A stretch of 64,000 bases of DNA, from the NCBI GenBank assembly GCA_050952725.1, contig JBMNLN010000001.1, positions 482,487-546,486 on the forward strand. Reading direction: 5' to 3'. Both the position numbers and the translations under genes were made by a program. This document shows positions 8,921 through 18,399 of this stretch, in pieces. The stretch's first letter is position 1; each line of letters begins with the position of its first letter. The notes beneath the pieces were generated by a model. That model was not told where the DNA came from, did no database searches, and saw only the letters and a list, made by a program, of their open reading frames with translations. This stretch comes from Bacilli bacterium (GTDB lineage: Bacteria; Bacillota_I; Bacilli_A; RFN20; CAG-826).

Positions 8921-9799
8921 TTAATCCTCTACAAACTTCATTATTGCTTTCCGGATATCCCCGATAGACAAACCATTATTCACAACAAAAGTCGCTATAT
9001 TTTTAATTCCTAATTTATGATATGTTTCTAAATCATTGTCAACCCGAACGGAACAATCCAAATAATCCTTCAAATTATAGCTAAGGAAATATTCAATAAC
9101 TTCAAAATTACTAATCTTCTTTAATAATTCAAGTTTTTTAATCCATGCTTCATTTTCATGATGATTCAGTGCCACATCGTGCCTTCTTTTAAAAGGGGCA
9201 AATTCAATAAAGAAATCAGGACTAAGCCCCTCTTTTAATTCCTCATTTCCATAGATTAAATATGAAATTGTAGCCATCTTATCATATTTTTTAACCCCCT
9301 TTAAAATCGCAGTTAAAAGGAGAAGATTTTGTTTTTGAAGCGTTAATTTGCGGCAATTTTCGCATTGACAAGAAATGTCATTACCTAAATCATCATCAAG
9401 CCAAAGATGATAGCGATGTGATTTCTGACCTAATTTTTTGGCCAACTTATAAGCATTGTGTTCAATGATTTTCAAAGCTCGCTTATTTGATGGACAACAA
9501 TTAAAATCAGGATTTCTTTGCCCATTTTGGTCTACTCTGAAAAAATGAGGTTTTTTCTTGAATAACTCACGATTTAATAAAACGGAAACCGCATGAAAAT
9601 AATATTCGATTATCACCTCTTTACTCTCTAAAAAAATAATAAATTCTTGATTTTTTTCAATAAAATCGAAATACTCTGTTGCACTATTTTTATAGGGATT
9701 ATAGTGAAGTCCGATCGTCTTAATTCCGCTTTCTAAAAACTCAGGAGTTATCAATTCCTCATTGAAGTTTTCGAATAGCAAAATGATATTTTTTTTCAT
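8921..9799 (-). CDS. DUF4838-like protein, tandem paralogue
   Basis: LLNRELFKKKPHFF, NCCPSN, LWLDD..CQCENC, ISYLIY, IEYFL align with the neighbouring gene. Confidence 0.62.
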   Translation of the reverse strand: MKKNIILLFENFNEELITPEFLESGIKTIGLHYNPYKNSATEYFDFIEKNQEFIIFLESKEVIIEYYFHAVSVLLNRELFKKKPHFFRVDQNGQRNPDFNCCPSNKRALKIIEHNAYKLAKKLGQKSHRYHLWLDDDLGNDISCQCENCRKLTLQKQNLLLLTAILKGVKKYDKMATISYLIYGNEELKEGLSPDFFIEFAPFKRRHDVALNHHENEAWIKKLELLKKISNFEVIEYFLSYNLKDYLDCSVRVDNDLETYHKLGIKNIATFVVNNGLSIGDIRKAIMKFVED

Positions 9800-12441
9800 T
9801 ATTTGGTCGTTATTATCAAATTTTTATAGGACATGGAGGCCCCAGCGGAATAGAAGCCAAAACGCCCACCCATAAAGGCGATATCATCAGTAAAATTGAG
9901 TTCACCGATTGTTTGATTGGCCATATCACTGATTAAGACCGAAATCGCATTATTGCTTTTGGTGATTTTAATATGAAACCAAGAATCTGGAACTACACTG
10001 GCCCTAGTAGCATCGGCATTGCTGTTGGTGTGTGTATAGTTGAGTTTTTCGATTTTTAAAATTCGCTTATTAATCGAAATGTAGTATCCCTGCATATACT
10101 TATAATCCTCATCATAATAGGGCGAGTTTGAGTAGCGATTGCCTTCAACGATAAATCCAGCTGTTGAAATACTTTCTCCATTAAGTCTAAAATCACATTC
10201 AGCAACATAATTTGTGAGTGAATCATCGCCAAAATAGACTAGTGAACGAGCGCCTTCCTTACAGAACAACGAGGCCTCTTGGTCGCCTTCGTTCTTTTGG
10301 AATCTCCATAATGTCTTTTGTTCCATTCCCTTTTCGGGTGCTTTGTCAAGTTTAGCTTCATAAACAATTTGGGAATTATTAGTTTTAGCAAAAGTAAAAG
10401 AGTGGAACTCAAAATCATCTCCGACATTAATAAAGGAAACATTTCTAACCCCTTTGGCAATTGGCAATTTTCCTATCTCAATTTTCACTAAAGAAGTCTC
10501 ACTGGTGGGATTTATCGTCGCTGGAACTTGTAAAACATAGATTTCACTCCCGTCGATCCGAACTCCGATTTTTTTACCTGCCATCTTCTTATTCAATGTT
10601 AAATATAAAGAATAGTATCCGGTGGAATCCTTGCCATTTCGCGTTTGTTCAAAATCGACCAAATAAGACGAATTATCACCGATATTAACTAATTTCATTT
10701 TCCCCATACCCACATGCTGCCCATTATATTCATCGCTTTTGACAACATCATAACCAGACCCATGACCAAACAAGGAACCAATGCACTTGTATTGATTTGA
10801 TGGAAGATATGATTCAGCGCCAATATTTAATTTGGATGATTTCGGCTCGAGAGCATCGCTTAACCCTTGAGCGACATTAGAAAAGGCGGTGTATCTTGCT
10901 TCGAAATGATTACTTTCGTATAAATAGCCAATTTTTCCCCCTTGCAGCGCTAAGGTACAATTTTCTATTTTCTTTAAATCATCGAAATAGACCTCAATAA
11001 GTCCCTCTCGATAGGAGACTCTGACCGTTTCATGCAAATCGCAAGCATCATAATCTCTAACAATCGCACCGGTTTCAATGAGGGAATCGACACCATTTTT
11101 GACTTGATGAAGATTGATTTTTTTGTTCGCGATGTCCATATGAACGTAAGCATAATTATTCTCATCTCTGTAAGAAAAGATACACTTTGTATTTTTTCCT
11201 ACATAGTTAAACTCAGCAGTGAAGATGTCACCGCTTTTATCATTGGATAAAATTTGATGATTGTTAAAAGAAAATTTTCCATCATTTAAGGGATCATATG
11301 AATACAGGGCTGGCCGCTTAGGCTTAACCGAGTGGTATTGGGTTTGATTAACATCGATAGCGGCGCCGTTAAAGATCAGGCGGTCAATGCCAAAAGTAGC
11401 ATTAGGACCTGAGGAGTTGACACTAAAGTAATGGTAGTAGATGCCATCCATATCAGGACCAAGCAGTCCATTGGCGTGTCCAAGCGAATAGAATGTATCA
11501 TTAGTTTCACATCCCATCGGGAAATCGATGCCTTGCTCAAAGCCAGGCGCATTTAACCGATCGGCGGTTCCAAAACCTTTCTTCCAATCTTCATTAAGAG
11601 CGGTTGAATAATGTGATAAATAACCAGGAGAGAGGATGTTTGAACCAGTGTACATTAAATAATACATACCATTTCTTTTAATGATTCCATTTCCTTCCGT
11701 CCAACCGCCTACCGATGAATTAGCGATATTAATATAGTCGTCTTTTCCGTAGGAAACCTGATCCATTGACGGCATTTTAAATGCGCGAATCCCGCTGAAA
11801 TAAGCATCTTGATGTCCAGACATAAAATAAACATCTTCGTTGTCATCAATGAAAATATCGCCATCAATATTCAATGTGGTCCCATTGATGGTATAGGGTT
11901 TAATACTGCCATCTTCCTCGGTGATGAACTCAAAAGGGCCGATGGGACTATCAGCTTCTAAAATATAGGTTGCTTGCTCAATAATATTATTTTTAACATA
12001 TGCATACATGTAGAATTTATTGTTGTATTTTGCAACAACAACAGGATAAGTAAAATAAAGACGCGGATCATCTGCGCAAAAACCTAAAGGATTAATGCCA
12101 TTATTTACTTGTTGCCACGTCATTAAATCTTCTGAAGAATAGCACCCAATTGCCGTGCCATTATAATTCGAAGAGCCTAAGTACATATAGTATGTTCCGT
12201 TATATCGTAAAATGAACGCATTCCCTGAACCATATATACCTTGATGAGGAAGATAAAGATCAGCTTCTTGCTTGTTATAATATGCATTGAATTGCATATT
12301 GTTATAGTATTCAACCCGATAGTTAGGTTGTGTAAAATCAATTTTATCCATATGCAAAATATCGGTTTTATTATCGCAACCGGCGATAACTCCTAGCGCT
12401 AAGGCGAGGATACTACATTGTATTAGGCTCTTCGCTTTCAT
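9799..12441 (-). CDS. GH43-like lipoprotein with CBM6/35-like and ConA-like (DUF1080-like) C-terminal domains
   Basis: Lipobox IAGC. Propeller motifs YNGTYYMY, SEDLMTW, ADSPIGPF, IDGDIF, WTEG, YYLMYTG, GHAN, GPD. The C-terminus GGRFGFYS is ConA-like. Confidence 0.8.
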   Translation of the reverse strand: MKAKSLIQCSILALALGVIAGCDNKTDILHMDKIDFTQPNYRVEYYNNMQFNAYYNKQEADLYLPHQGIYGSGNAFILRYNGTYYMYLGSSNYNGTAIGCYSSEDLMTWQQVNNGINPLGFCADDPRLYFTYPVVVAKYNNKFYMYAYVKNNIIEQATYILEADSPIGPFEFITEEDGSIKPYTINGTTLNIDGDIFIDDNEDVYFMSGHQDAYFSGIRAFKMPSMDQVSYGKDDYINIANSSVGGWTEGNGIIKRNGMYYLMYTGSNILSPGYLSHYSTALNEDWKKGFGTADRLNAPGFEQGIDFPMGCETNDTFYSLGHANGLLGPDMDGIYYHYFSVNSSGPNATFGIDRLIFNGAAIDVNQTQYHSVKPKRPALYSYDPLNDGKFSFNNHQILSNDKSGDIFTAEFNYVGKNTKCIFSYRDENNYAYVHMDIANKKINLHQVKNGVDSLIETGAIVRDYDACDLHETVRVSYREGLIEVYFDDLKKIENCTLALQGGKIGYLYESNHFEARYTAFSNVAQGLSDALEPKSSKLNIGAESYLPSNQYKCIGSLFGHGSGYDVVKSDEYNGQHVGMGKMKLVNIGDNSSYLVDFEQTRNGKDSTGYYSLYLTLNKKMAGKKIGVRIDGSEIYVLQVPATINPTSETSLVKIEIGKLPIAKGVRNVSFINVGDDFEFHSFTFAKTNNSQIVYEAKLDKAPEKGMEQKTLWRFQKNEGDQEASLFCKEGARSLVYFGDDSLTNYVAECDFRLNGESISTAGFIVEGNRYSNSPYYDEDYKYMQGYYISINKRILKIEKLNYTHTNSNADATRASVVPDSWFHIKITKSNNAISVLISDMANQTIGELNFTDDIAFMGGRFGFYSAGASMSYKNLIITTK

Positions 12442-12455
12442 TTTTTTAAAACCTA

Positions 12456-14153
12456 CTAATCCGTTTGAGTAACAGCTTGGAAAGTGGCAACACCGCCATC
12501 AAATGGCGCGGGTGTTCCCGAGACATTCATGCAGATATAAACTCCATAAGCGTTAGCTTGTGAAGCATATTTTGTACCGCCCACATATTCAAAAATCTGG
12601 AAGCCAAATGATTTCGTTGCCGCGGTAATTAGATATGTTTCTAGATACTCATATGAATAGAATGCCTCAAATGTTTTTGAGTTGTCTTGTTCAACGGTAA
12701 CACTCGTCACAATGCCAAGCGAGGAAGGTTGGACGTAATTTCCCGCCCAGCCCCAGTCCCCATATTCATGGTGATCAACTGTGCCCAGCGTGGCAAACAA
12801 ATCACAAAAACCAAGTTCAGTTGTAAAGTTACCAAGCATGATCCCGTAACCAAAAGTTTCTTCATTATATTTTGCGATTTTTACATAAATACCTTTGTCT
12901 GTTTGGCGAACCGATGGTACGGATTGATTTGAACCAAACGGTTCGAAAATCGCAGAAGCTAAGGTTTGTTCGGGAGGAGCTTCCCTTAAGACAACTGTGA
13001 CAAATCCTGTGGTTGGACCATCAATTCTGGCCTCGACGCCATTCACCATTTGCACGTTGTAAACGCCATATTGTGAACCACCTGTCGGCACCCATTCATA
13101 GAACAAAATGCTAATCGATAGTGTTTCATTAGTGATGCCTAAAGTTTCATTGCTGAAATAAATGGTACTAATGGTATACTCGCCCTCAACGGTTCTTAAA
13201 GTAGTGGCATTAACATCAGCGGGTAAGCGTTGGACCCAATTCCAATCACCATAGACTTGTTTGGCGACGCATGCATTTTGATAAAGAAGAATCGAATAGG
13301 TTCCTTCGGGTACTGATAAATTCATTCCATATGCAAGTGTATCGGCACCTTCTTTGGCGATGTATTCTACCAATAAGCCTTCACCAGTTAAGATTGCGGT
13401 GCAGTCAATATGGTGGGCACCGAGATTCTTATATTGATAATTTACCTTTGTGCATTCCATCTTGGCGTATAAAATAAGATCAGTCGTTACTGTATCCGTT
13501 GATTTCCAAGCGGTTTCTAGTGCAGCATCTTTGTACCAACCCTTGAATTCATAATGATCTTCTTCGGGAACGTAGGTAATTGTGGAATTGATGTCCACGG
13601 TTTCCGTTTTGAGGGTTTTAACGCCAAACATATAAGTTACACTCTTTTGAATCATGGTTTGCGAATAAGTCGCAGTATAGGTAGCAGGACCAGTAACAGC
13701 AACTACCGTTGGCGTCCAACCGGCAAATGTGTAAGTATATGTCCCATCTGATTCCTTGGTGGGAGCGGGTTCTCCATAAGAGGGAACCACACCATATGCG
13801 ACAGATTCAGTTTTTAAAAGGGAATCGTCATCATCATTCCAAGTGATTTCGTATTTTCTTGTTTCACTGGAAAATTGGGCATAATAGGTAGCGTCTGCGG
13901 TCACTGCCACAACTTCGGGACTCCACCCTGAGAATGCGTAGACTTTATCTACACTTGCTTCTTTCGTGGGAACAGCGCCATCATACGAGGGCATTTCCCC
14001 CTTTTTCACATTTTCATCGACTTCGAGAACAACATCGCCATTTTTCCAAGTAATCGTATACGTTGGATCTGAGGGTTTAAGATTACAGCCGCCTAGCAAA
14101 CTTAAAGATAGTGCAAGCGATACTGTGCTTAAAACTTTCTTTGCTTTTTTCAT
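12456..14153 (-). CDS. Lipoprotein with three InlB B-repeat (Flg_new)-like repeats and two copies of an unrecognised beta domain
   Basis: AAGGAG before ATG 14153; lipobox LGGC; repeats YTITW...YAFSGW...TYYAQF. Confidence 0.8.
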   Translation of the reverse strand: MKKAKKVLSTVSLALSLSLLGGCNLKPSDPTYTITWKNGDVVLEVDENVKKGEMPSYDGAVPTKEASVDKVYAFSGWSPEVVAVTADATYYAQFSSETRKYEITWNDDDDSLLKTESVAYGVVPSYGEPAPTKESDGTYTYTFAGWTPTVVAVTGPATYTATYSQTMIQKSVTYMFGVKTLKTETVDINSTITYVPEEDHYEFKGWYKDAALETAWKSTDTVTTDLILYAKMECTKVNYQYKNLGAHHIDCTAILTGEGLLVEYIAKEGADTLAYGMNLSVPEGTYSILLYQNACVAKQVYGDWNWVQRLPADVNATTLRTVEGEYTISTIYFSNETLGITNETLSISILFYEWVPTGGSQYGVYNVQMVNGVEARIDGPTTGFVTVVLREAPPEQTLASAIFEPFGSNQSVPSVRQTDKGIYVKIAKYNEETFGYGIMLGNFTTELGFCDLFATLGTVDHHEYGDWGWAGNYVQPSSLGIVTSVTVEQDNSKTFEAFYSYEYLETYLITAATKSFGFQIFEYVGGTKYASQANAYGVYICMNVSGTPAPFDGGVATFQAVTQTD

Positions 14154-14282
14154 ATTTTCTCCTTTCGCCTTTGAGCTTCTCATGATTGACATTAAGAGCA
14201 AATAGCCATGAGAACTATTTGCAATTGCTCTTTGAGAGCAAACATTCCATTTACGTATGGAAAAACGCCTGCAAACCATTTT

Positions 14283-16631
14283 CTAAACAAGTGAGAAACG
14301 CACAAATTCACTTACTCCTTGATCAAACGCTTTCGGGACCCCATCGACATTAATGCAGTTATAAACCGAATATAAATTACCCGAAGCATCGGTTACATAT
14401 TCAAAAAGTTGCACTCCAATTTCCTGAGTTGAATTTGAGATTTTTAAATCATAATTACTGCCGTTTAATACCGCTAATGGGTAATCGGCCACCATGTAAG
14501 ATTTATCTTCGACAACAAATTGTGAATAGACAACCCCTAGCGATGATGCATAGATATATTCCCCCCTCCAATTCCAATCGCCATATTCTTTATGATCGAA
14601 AGTTTCATAACCCAGTGCAAATAAGTCGGTTGTACCACGGTTATTGACTAAATCGCCTAGCATTATGCCATAACCCCAAATTTTTGCGTTTGCAGTATAC
14701 TCGATGGTTATTCTTAAGGATTTATTGCCGTTTGCATCGATATATTCGAATTTAGCAACCGCATTTCCTTTTCCAAATGGTTCGAGCGTCATTGAAGAAG
14801 TAACTGTTTCAGTAGGACCGATTATCAGGATGCCCGAACTTGAAAAGAGCGGATAATAATTCAAGATGTTAGTATTTCCGAAAGTTAATTGAGTGCCATT
14901 ATCTAACTTGTAATAGTGGAACTCGCCACTATATGAATATTCAAAAGGAGCCACTTTGATCTCAGCCTTATTTTCAATCCCGATTAATTCAAACGGAACA
15001 GTGAAAGTGTATACCGTTTGTCCTTGGGGATTAACATGAATACTAGCTTCTGATCCAAATGAGGCGGGAGGCGCATAATTCCAAGCATAATTAATAAAAT
15101 CAGTTACGCACATCGTGCCGATTTGATGGTATAAAACAATCTTACCTCCCATATCATCGGAGGAGATTGCCAAGGCAACACCATTGGTTCTTGAAGGAAC
15201 GATAAAACGAGCAAGTAATGAATCGCTCTTCCATCCAATAAAGGTTTCAATGTCGCCATATTTTCCGAATTTATCAGGATATTTGTCAATTAAAGGCAAG
15301 GTTAAATTTTTTGTAATTTGAGCAGAACCGCCATCGTTGATACAGATTTGATCATCATAGCCAAAAGGTTTATCTTTCCTTTTCACGGTGATTGTTTCGT
15401 ATTCCGCTAGGAAAGTACACGAAATTTCATAACCGCCGTCCGCATCAACATTCACGGTATTTTCCCCAATTACAACTTCAATGTCGCGATAATCATATTC
15501 TGTCTCGATTGAACCTTTGACTAGTTTTGTAATCAAATTGTCCTTAGTGAACAACTTGATATTGACGTCCACAGGCATACCGTTGGCAACTCGCATAATG
15601 TTTCGAGAAACAATATATTTTTGGTTTTCCAAAATAGCAGGAGAGGTAAATCTCAACTCCAAATCCAAATTAGAATTGACATCTTCTAAGGTAAATTTTC
15701 CGCGTGAATCCGTTGTAACCAAATCATTTACTACAACATTAGGAATTGGTTGATTGATTACATAGTCCCAAAGGACGCCATTAACCGTTACATTAGGACG
15801 ACGGTACTCATAATATTCGTATAAATGGTTGTCTTCTCCCCAAACAATATATTCATTGGGTGTATTAAAGGGGTGAATACCGCCTTTGTAGAACCAAGGA
15901 AATTCAATGACGGTTTTGGATTCACTATACCGGTTACATGATCTAAATGTGATTCCGACTGGACTGTCTTTACTAATCCCAATCTCGCTATATGGGACAA
16001 GCATTTCCACAATAAAACCCGCATCTTTTCCGAAATCATCTTTAAAAATCTCAGCTTGATAATCAATAATTCCAGTGAATGCGCCCCATAAACCGGGAGC
16101 ATTAGCTCCTCTTCGAAAGCATTGATTATTAAATGCAGTTACGAGTAAATAGTAATCATCCGCCATTGGAATGGTTGCGCCATCTAATTGCGTGCACAAA
16201 TTAATCAACACGTTGTCAGTGTAGATAGCATCATCGTCATCATTTAAGGCTTTATAGCAAATATCATTGTCGCGGATTTCAATGCCGAAATGAAAACCAA
16301 CTTCACCTCTAAACATTTTAATAACCCCGCGCTTAGTTTCGGCATAGGAGAGAATATCTCCCACAATAGCGCCATATTCGCCGCTTTCAATATCGCTATT
16401 ATCAAAACTGCCGAGGGTAATCACATCACTAGCGCTCCAGCGGGCATCATCGAGTTTTCCATCAAGAGTGACTTCGGGAAGAATGGAATTTGAATAAAAA
16501 TCAAAAATATCATCGCTTGTATCTTGGGACGGAGAATACACGGCGAGTTTATTAATGTTGTTACAAGAACTCAATGCTAGTCCCGTCACAAATAAACTCA
16601 TAAAAATTTTGAATTTATTAAACATGCTCAT
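14283..16631 (-). CDS. Lipoprotein with CBM9/DOMON-like sugar-binding domain, Ig-like spacers and two copies of an unrecognised beta domain
   Basis: Lipobox LSSC; 'VTLDGKLDDARW' and 'FIVEMLVPYSEIG' are CBM9-like; the C-terminal domains match those of 12456..14153. Confidence 0.72.
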   Translation of the reverse strand: MSMFNKFKIFMSLFVTGLALSSCNNINKLAVYSPSQDTSDDIFDFYSNSILPEVTLDGKLDDARWSASDVITLGSFDNSDIESGEYGAIVGDILSYAETKRGVIKMFRGEVGFHFGIEIRDNDICYKALNDDDDAIYTDNVLINLCTQLDGATIPMADDYYLLVTAFNNQCFRRGANAPGLWGAFTGIIDYQAEIFKDDFGKDAGFIVEMLVPYSEIGISKDSPVGITFRSCNRYSESKTVIEFPWFYKGGIHPFNTPNEYIVWGEDNHLYEYYEYRRPNVTVNGVLWDYVINQPIPNVVVNDLVTTDSRGKFTLEDVNSNLDLELRFTSPAILENQKYIVSRNIMRVANGMPVDVNIKLFTKDNLITKLVKGSIETEYDYRDIEVVIGENTVNVDADGGYEISCTFLAEYETITVKRKDKPFGYDDQICINDGGSAQITKNLTLPLIDKYPDKFGKYGDIETFIGWKSDSLLARFIVPSRTNGVALAISSDDMGGKIVLYHQIGTMCVTDFINYAWNYAPPASFGSEASIHVNPQGQTVYTFTVPFELIGIENKAEIKVAPFEYSYSGEFHYYKLDNGTQLTFGNTNILNYYPLFSSSGILIIGPTETVTSSMTLEPFGKGNAVAKFEYIDANGNKSLRITIEYTANAKIWGYGIMLGDLVNNRGTTDLFALGYETFDHKEYGDWNWRGEYIYASSLGVVYSQFVVEDKSYMVADYPLAVLNGSNYDLKISNSTQEIGVQLFEYVTDASGNLYSVYNCINVDGVPKAFDQGVSEFVRFSLV

Positions 16632-17470
16632 TCCTTTACAGCTCCTATACTTAATGATTCAACAAAGAATTTTTGCCCGACGACAAAGATAACTAACATA
16701 GGAATTGAAGAGAGGACACTCCCTGCCATGACGATGTTCATCACCATCAAATTGCTTTGCTGCATTTGCAGCGATAATAACTGGAGTTGCAAGGTTTTGA
16801 CTTCGGTAGTATTCAAATAAATCGAGGGGATAAAATAATCATTCCAAGTTCCGATAAAAGCAAAAACGATTTGAGCGGCCAAGGCGGGTTTAATTAACGG
16901 AACCATGATTTGAAAGAATTGACGAAACGGCCCGGCCCCATCCATTTTTGCCGCTTCAAAGATTTCCGTAGGAATGGAATTCATATATTGAACAAAAAAG
17001 AAAGTCATCACTGCGCTTCCGAAGAAACAGGGAATGATAAGGGGCCATAAAGTGCCAACGAGATTAAAACTCTGCCACATTTGGAATTGTGGAAGCATTA
17101 AAGCCGCATAGGGGACCATCATGCTCGAAAGCAAAATAATCAATAACAATCTTTTCTTAGGCAAAGCCAATTTAGAAAAAGCAAATGCTCCTAAAGCGGA
17201 TACTAATGGCGATATGGTAATCGCGAAAAACTCGACAATTAAAGTGTTTTTAAGCCCGGTAAATAAATGCAACTCTTTAAACGCTTTAATATATGCTTCA
17301 AATGAAAACGCGGTAGGAAAAAAACGTTCAGGGTAAACCGAAATCTCAATCCCTGATTTAAATGAGGCTAAAACCATCCAAAGATAAGGGAAGAGAGTGG
17401 TAAAACTTAGCACAGTTAAAAACATATATGCAATTAGTCTTCCCATGCCGAATTTTCTTGTCTGTTTCAT
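16628..17470 (-). CDS. Carbohydrate ABC transporter permease (MalG-like)
   Basis: EAA loop IPTEIFEAAKMDGA, WNDY motif. Start 17470 preferred over 17518. Confidence 0.93.
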   Translation of the reverse strand: MKQTRKFGMGRLIAYMFLTVLSFTTLFPYLWMVLASFKSGIEISVYPERFFPTAFSFEAYIKAFKELHLFTGLKNTLIVEFFAITISPLVSALGAFAFSKLALPKKRLLLIILLSSMMVPYAALMLPQFQMWQSFNLVGTLWPLIIPCFFGSAVMTFFFVQYMNSIPTEIFEAAKMDGAGPFRQFFQIMVPLIKPALAAQIVFAFIGTWNDYFIPSIYLNTTEVKTLQLQLLSLQMQQSNLMVMNIVMAGSVLSSIPMLVIFVVGQKFFVESLSIGAVKE

Positions 17471-17471
17471 T

Positions 17472-18392
17472 TTAAATAGTCTTCTGCCCGATTTTATCTT
17501 GAACTTTGAATTGCCCAATAGTGACCCCCATCACAACGATTGCAAGCAACACCGAGGCGGCGGATGCAAATCCATAGCGATAGTTATTGATCCCATGGTT
17601 GTAGATGAAGTAAACGATGGTTTGGGTTGCTTTTGTGTTGGCGATTAATTGCGTATCCATAAAAGACTGAAGCCCCCCGATAACCGAAACGATAAACAGA
17701 TAGAAAGTAATAGGAGAAAGTAAGGGAACGGTAATTGAAAAGAATTGTCTGGTTCTCGAGGCTCCATCAATTTCCGCGGCTTCATAGAGCGTTTTAGGAA
17801 TGCTTAAAATACCAGCAACATATAAAATAACCACCCCACCAATGCCACCCCATACATTTTTCATAATTATTACAAATCGCGGATAGGCATAGCCATCAGT
17901 GACTCCTAACCAATTGATGTTTCGATCGATGATGCCAATGTTTTTAAGAAAAATGTTGGCCAAACCATGAGTTTCATTAAAAATAAGTTTCCATACAAAG
18001 GCAATTGCAACAGCGCCTGTAACGGCAGGTAAATAAAGGATGACTCTATATAAAGTTTTGCACTTTAAACCTCGCATTGTAATTAAGCCTGAAATAATCA
18101 GACCGAGAAAAATATTAAGCGGAATACTGATCATCAATAACAATGTGTTAATAATGGACTGTTTCAAATCGGCGTTGATAGTGTCGGTTTGAAATAAACT
18201 TCGGTAAACGTCAAAACTAATAGGTTTAACTGTGCCCCGAAGAGGCATATAGTCAACTAATGAATAGACAATCGCGACAAATAAAGGAATCAAAGTAAAG
18301 ATTATAAAACCAACAAAAAGAGGTGAGACAAAACTAATAGCGATTAAACGCTCTTTCAATTTATGTTTTGATATTGGTTTTCTTTTTTTCAT
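17472..18392 (-). CDS. Carbohydrate ABC transporter permease (MalF-like)
   Basis: IPKTLYEAAEIDGA, ITVPLLSP, YGFASAAS. Start 18392 preferred over 18431. Confidence 0.93.
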   Translation of the reverse strand: MKKRKPISKHKLKERLIAISFVSPLFVGFIIFTLIPLFVAIVYSLVDYMPLRGTVKPISFDVYRSLFQTDTINADLKQSIINTLLLMISIPLNIFLGLIISGLITMRGLKCKTLYRVILYLPAVTGAVAIAFVWKLIFNETHGLANIFLKNIGIIDRNINWLGVTDGYAYPRFVIIMKNVWGGIGGVVILYVAGILSIPKTLYEAAEIDGASRTRQFFSITVPLLSPITFYLFIVSVIGGLQSFMDTQLIANTKATQTIVYFIYNHGINNYRYGFASAASVLLAIVVMGVTIGQFKVQDKIGQKTI

Positions 18393-18399
18393 TGATAGA

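Noticed and set aside
14154-14279. N-terminal extension given by the ORF track for the InlB-repeat lipoprotein
   Set aside because: A strong RBS and signal peptide start at 14153; similar over-long starts were trimmed for several other genes.
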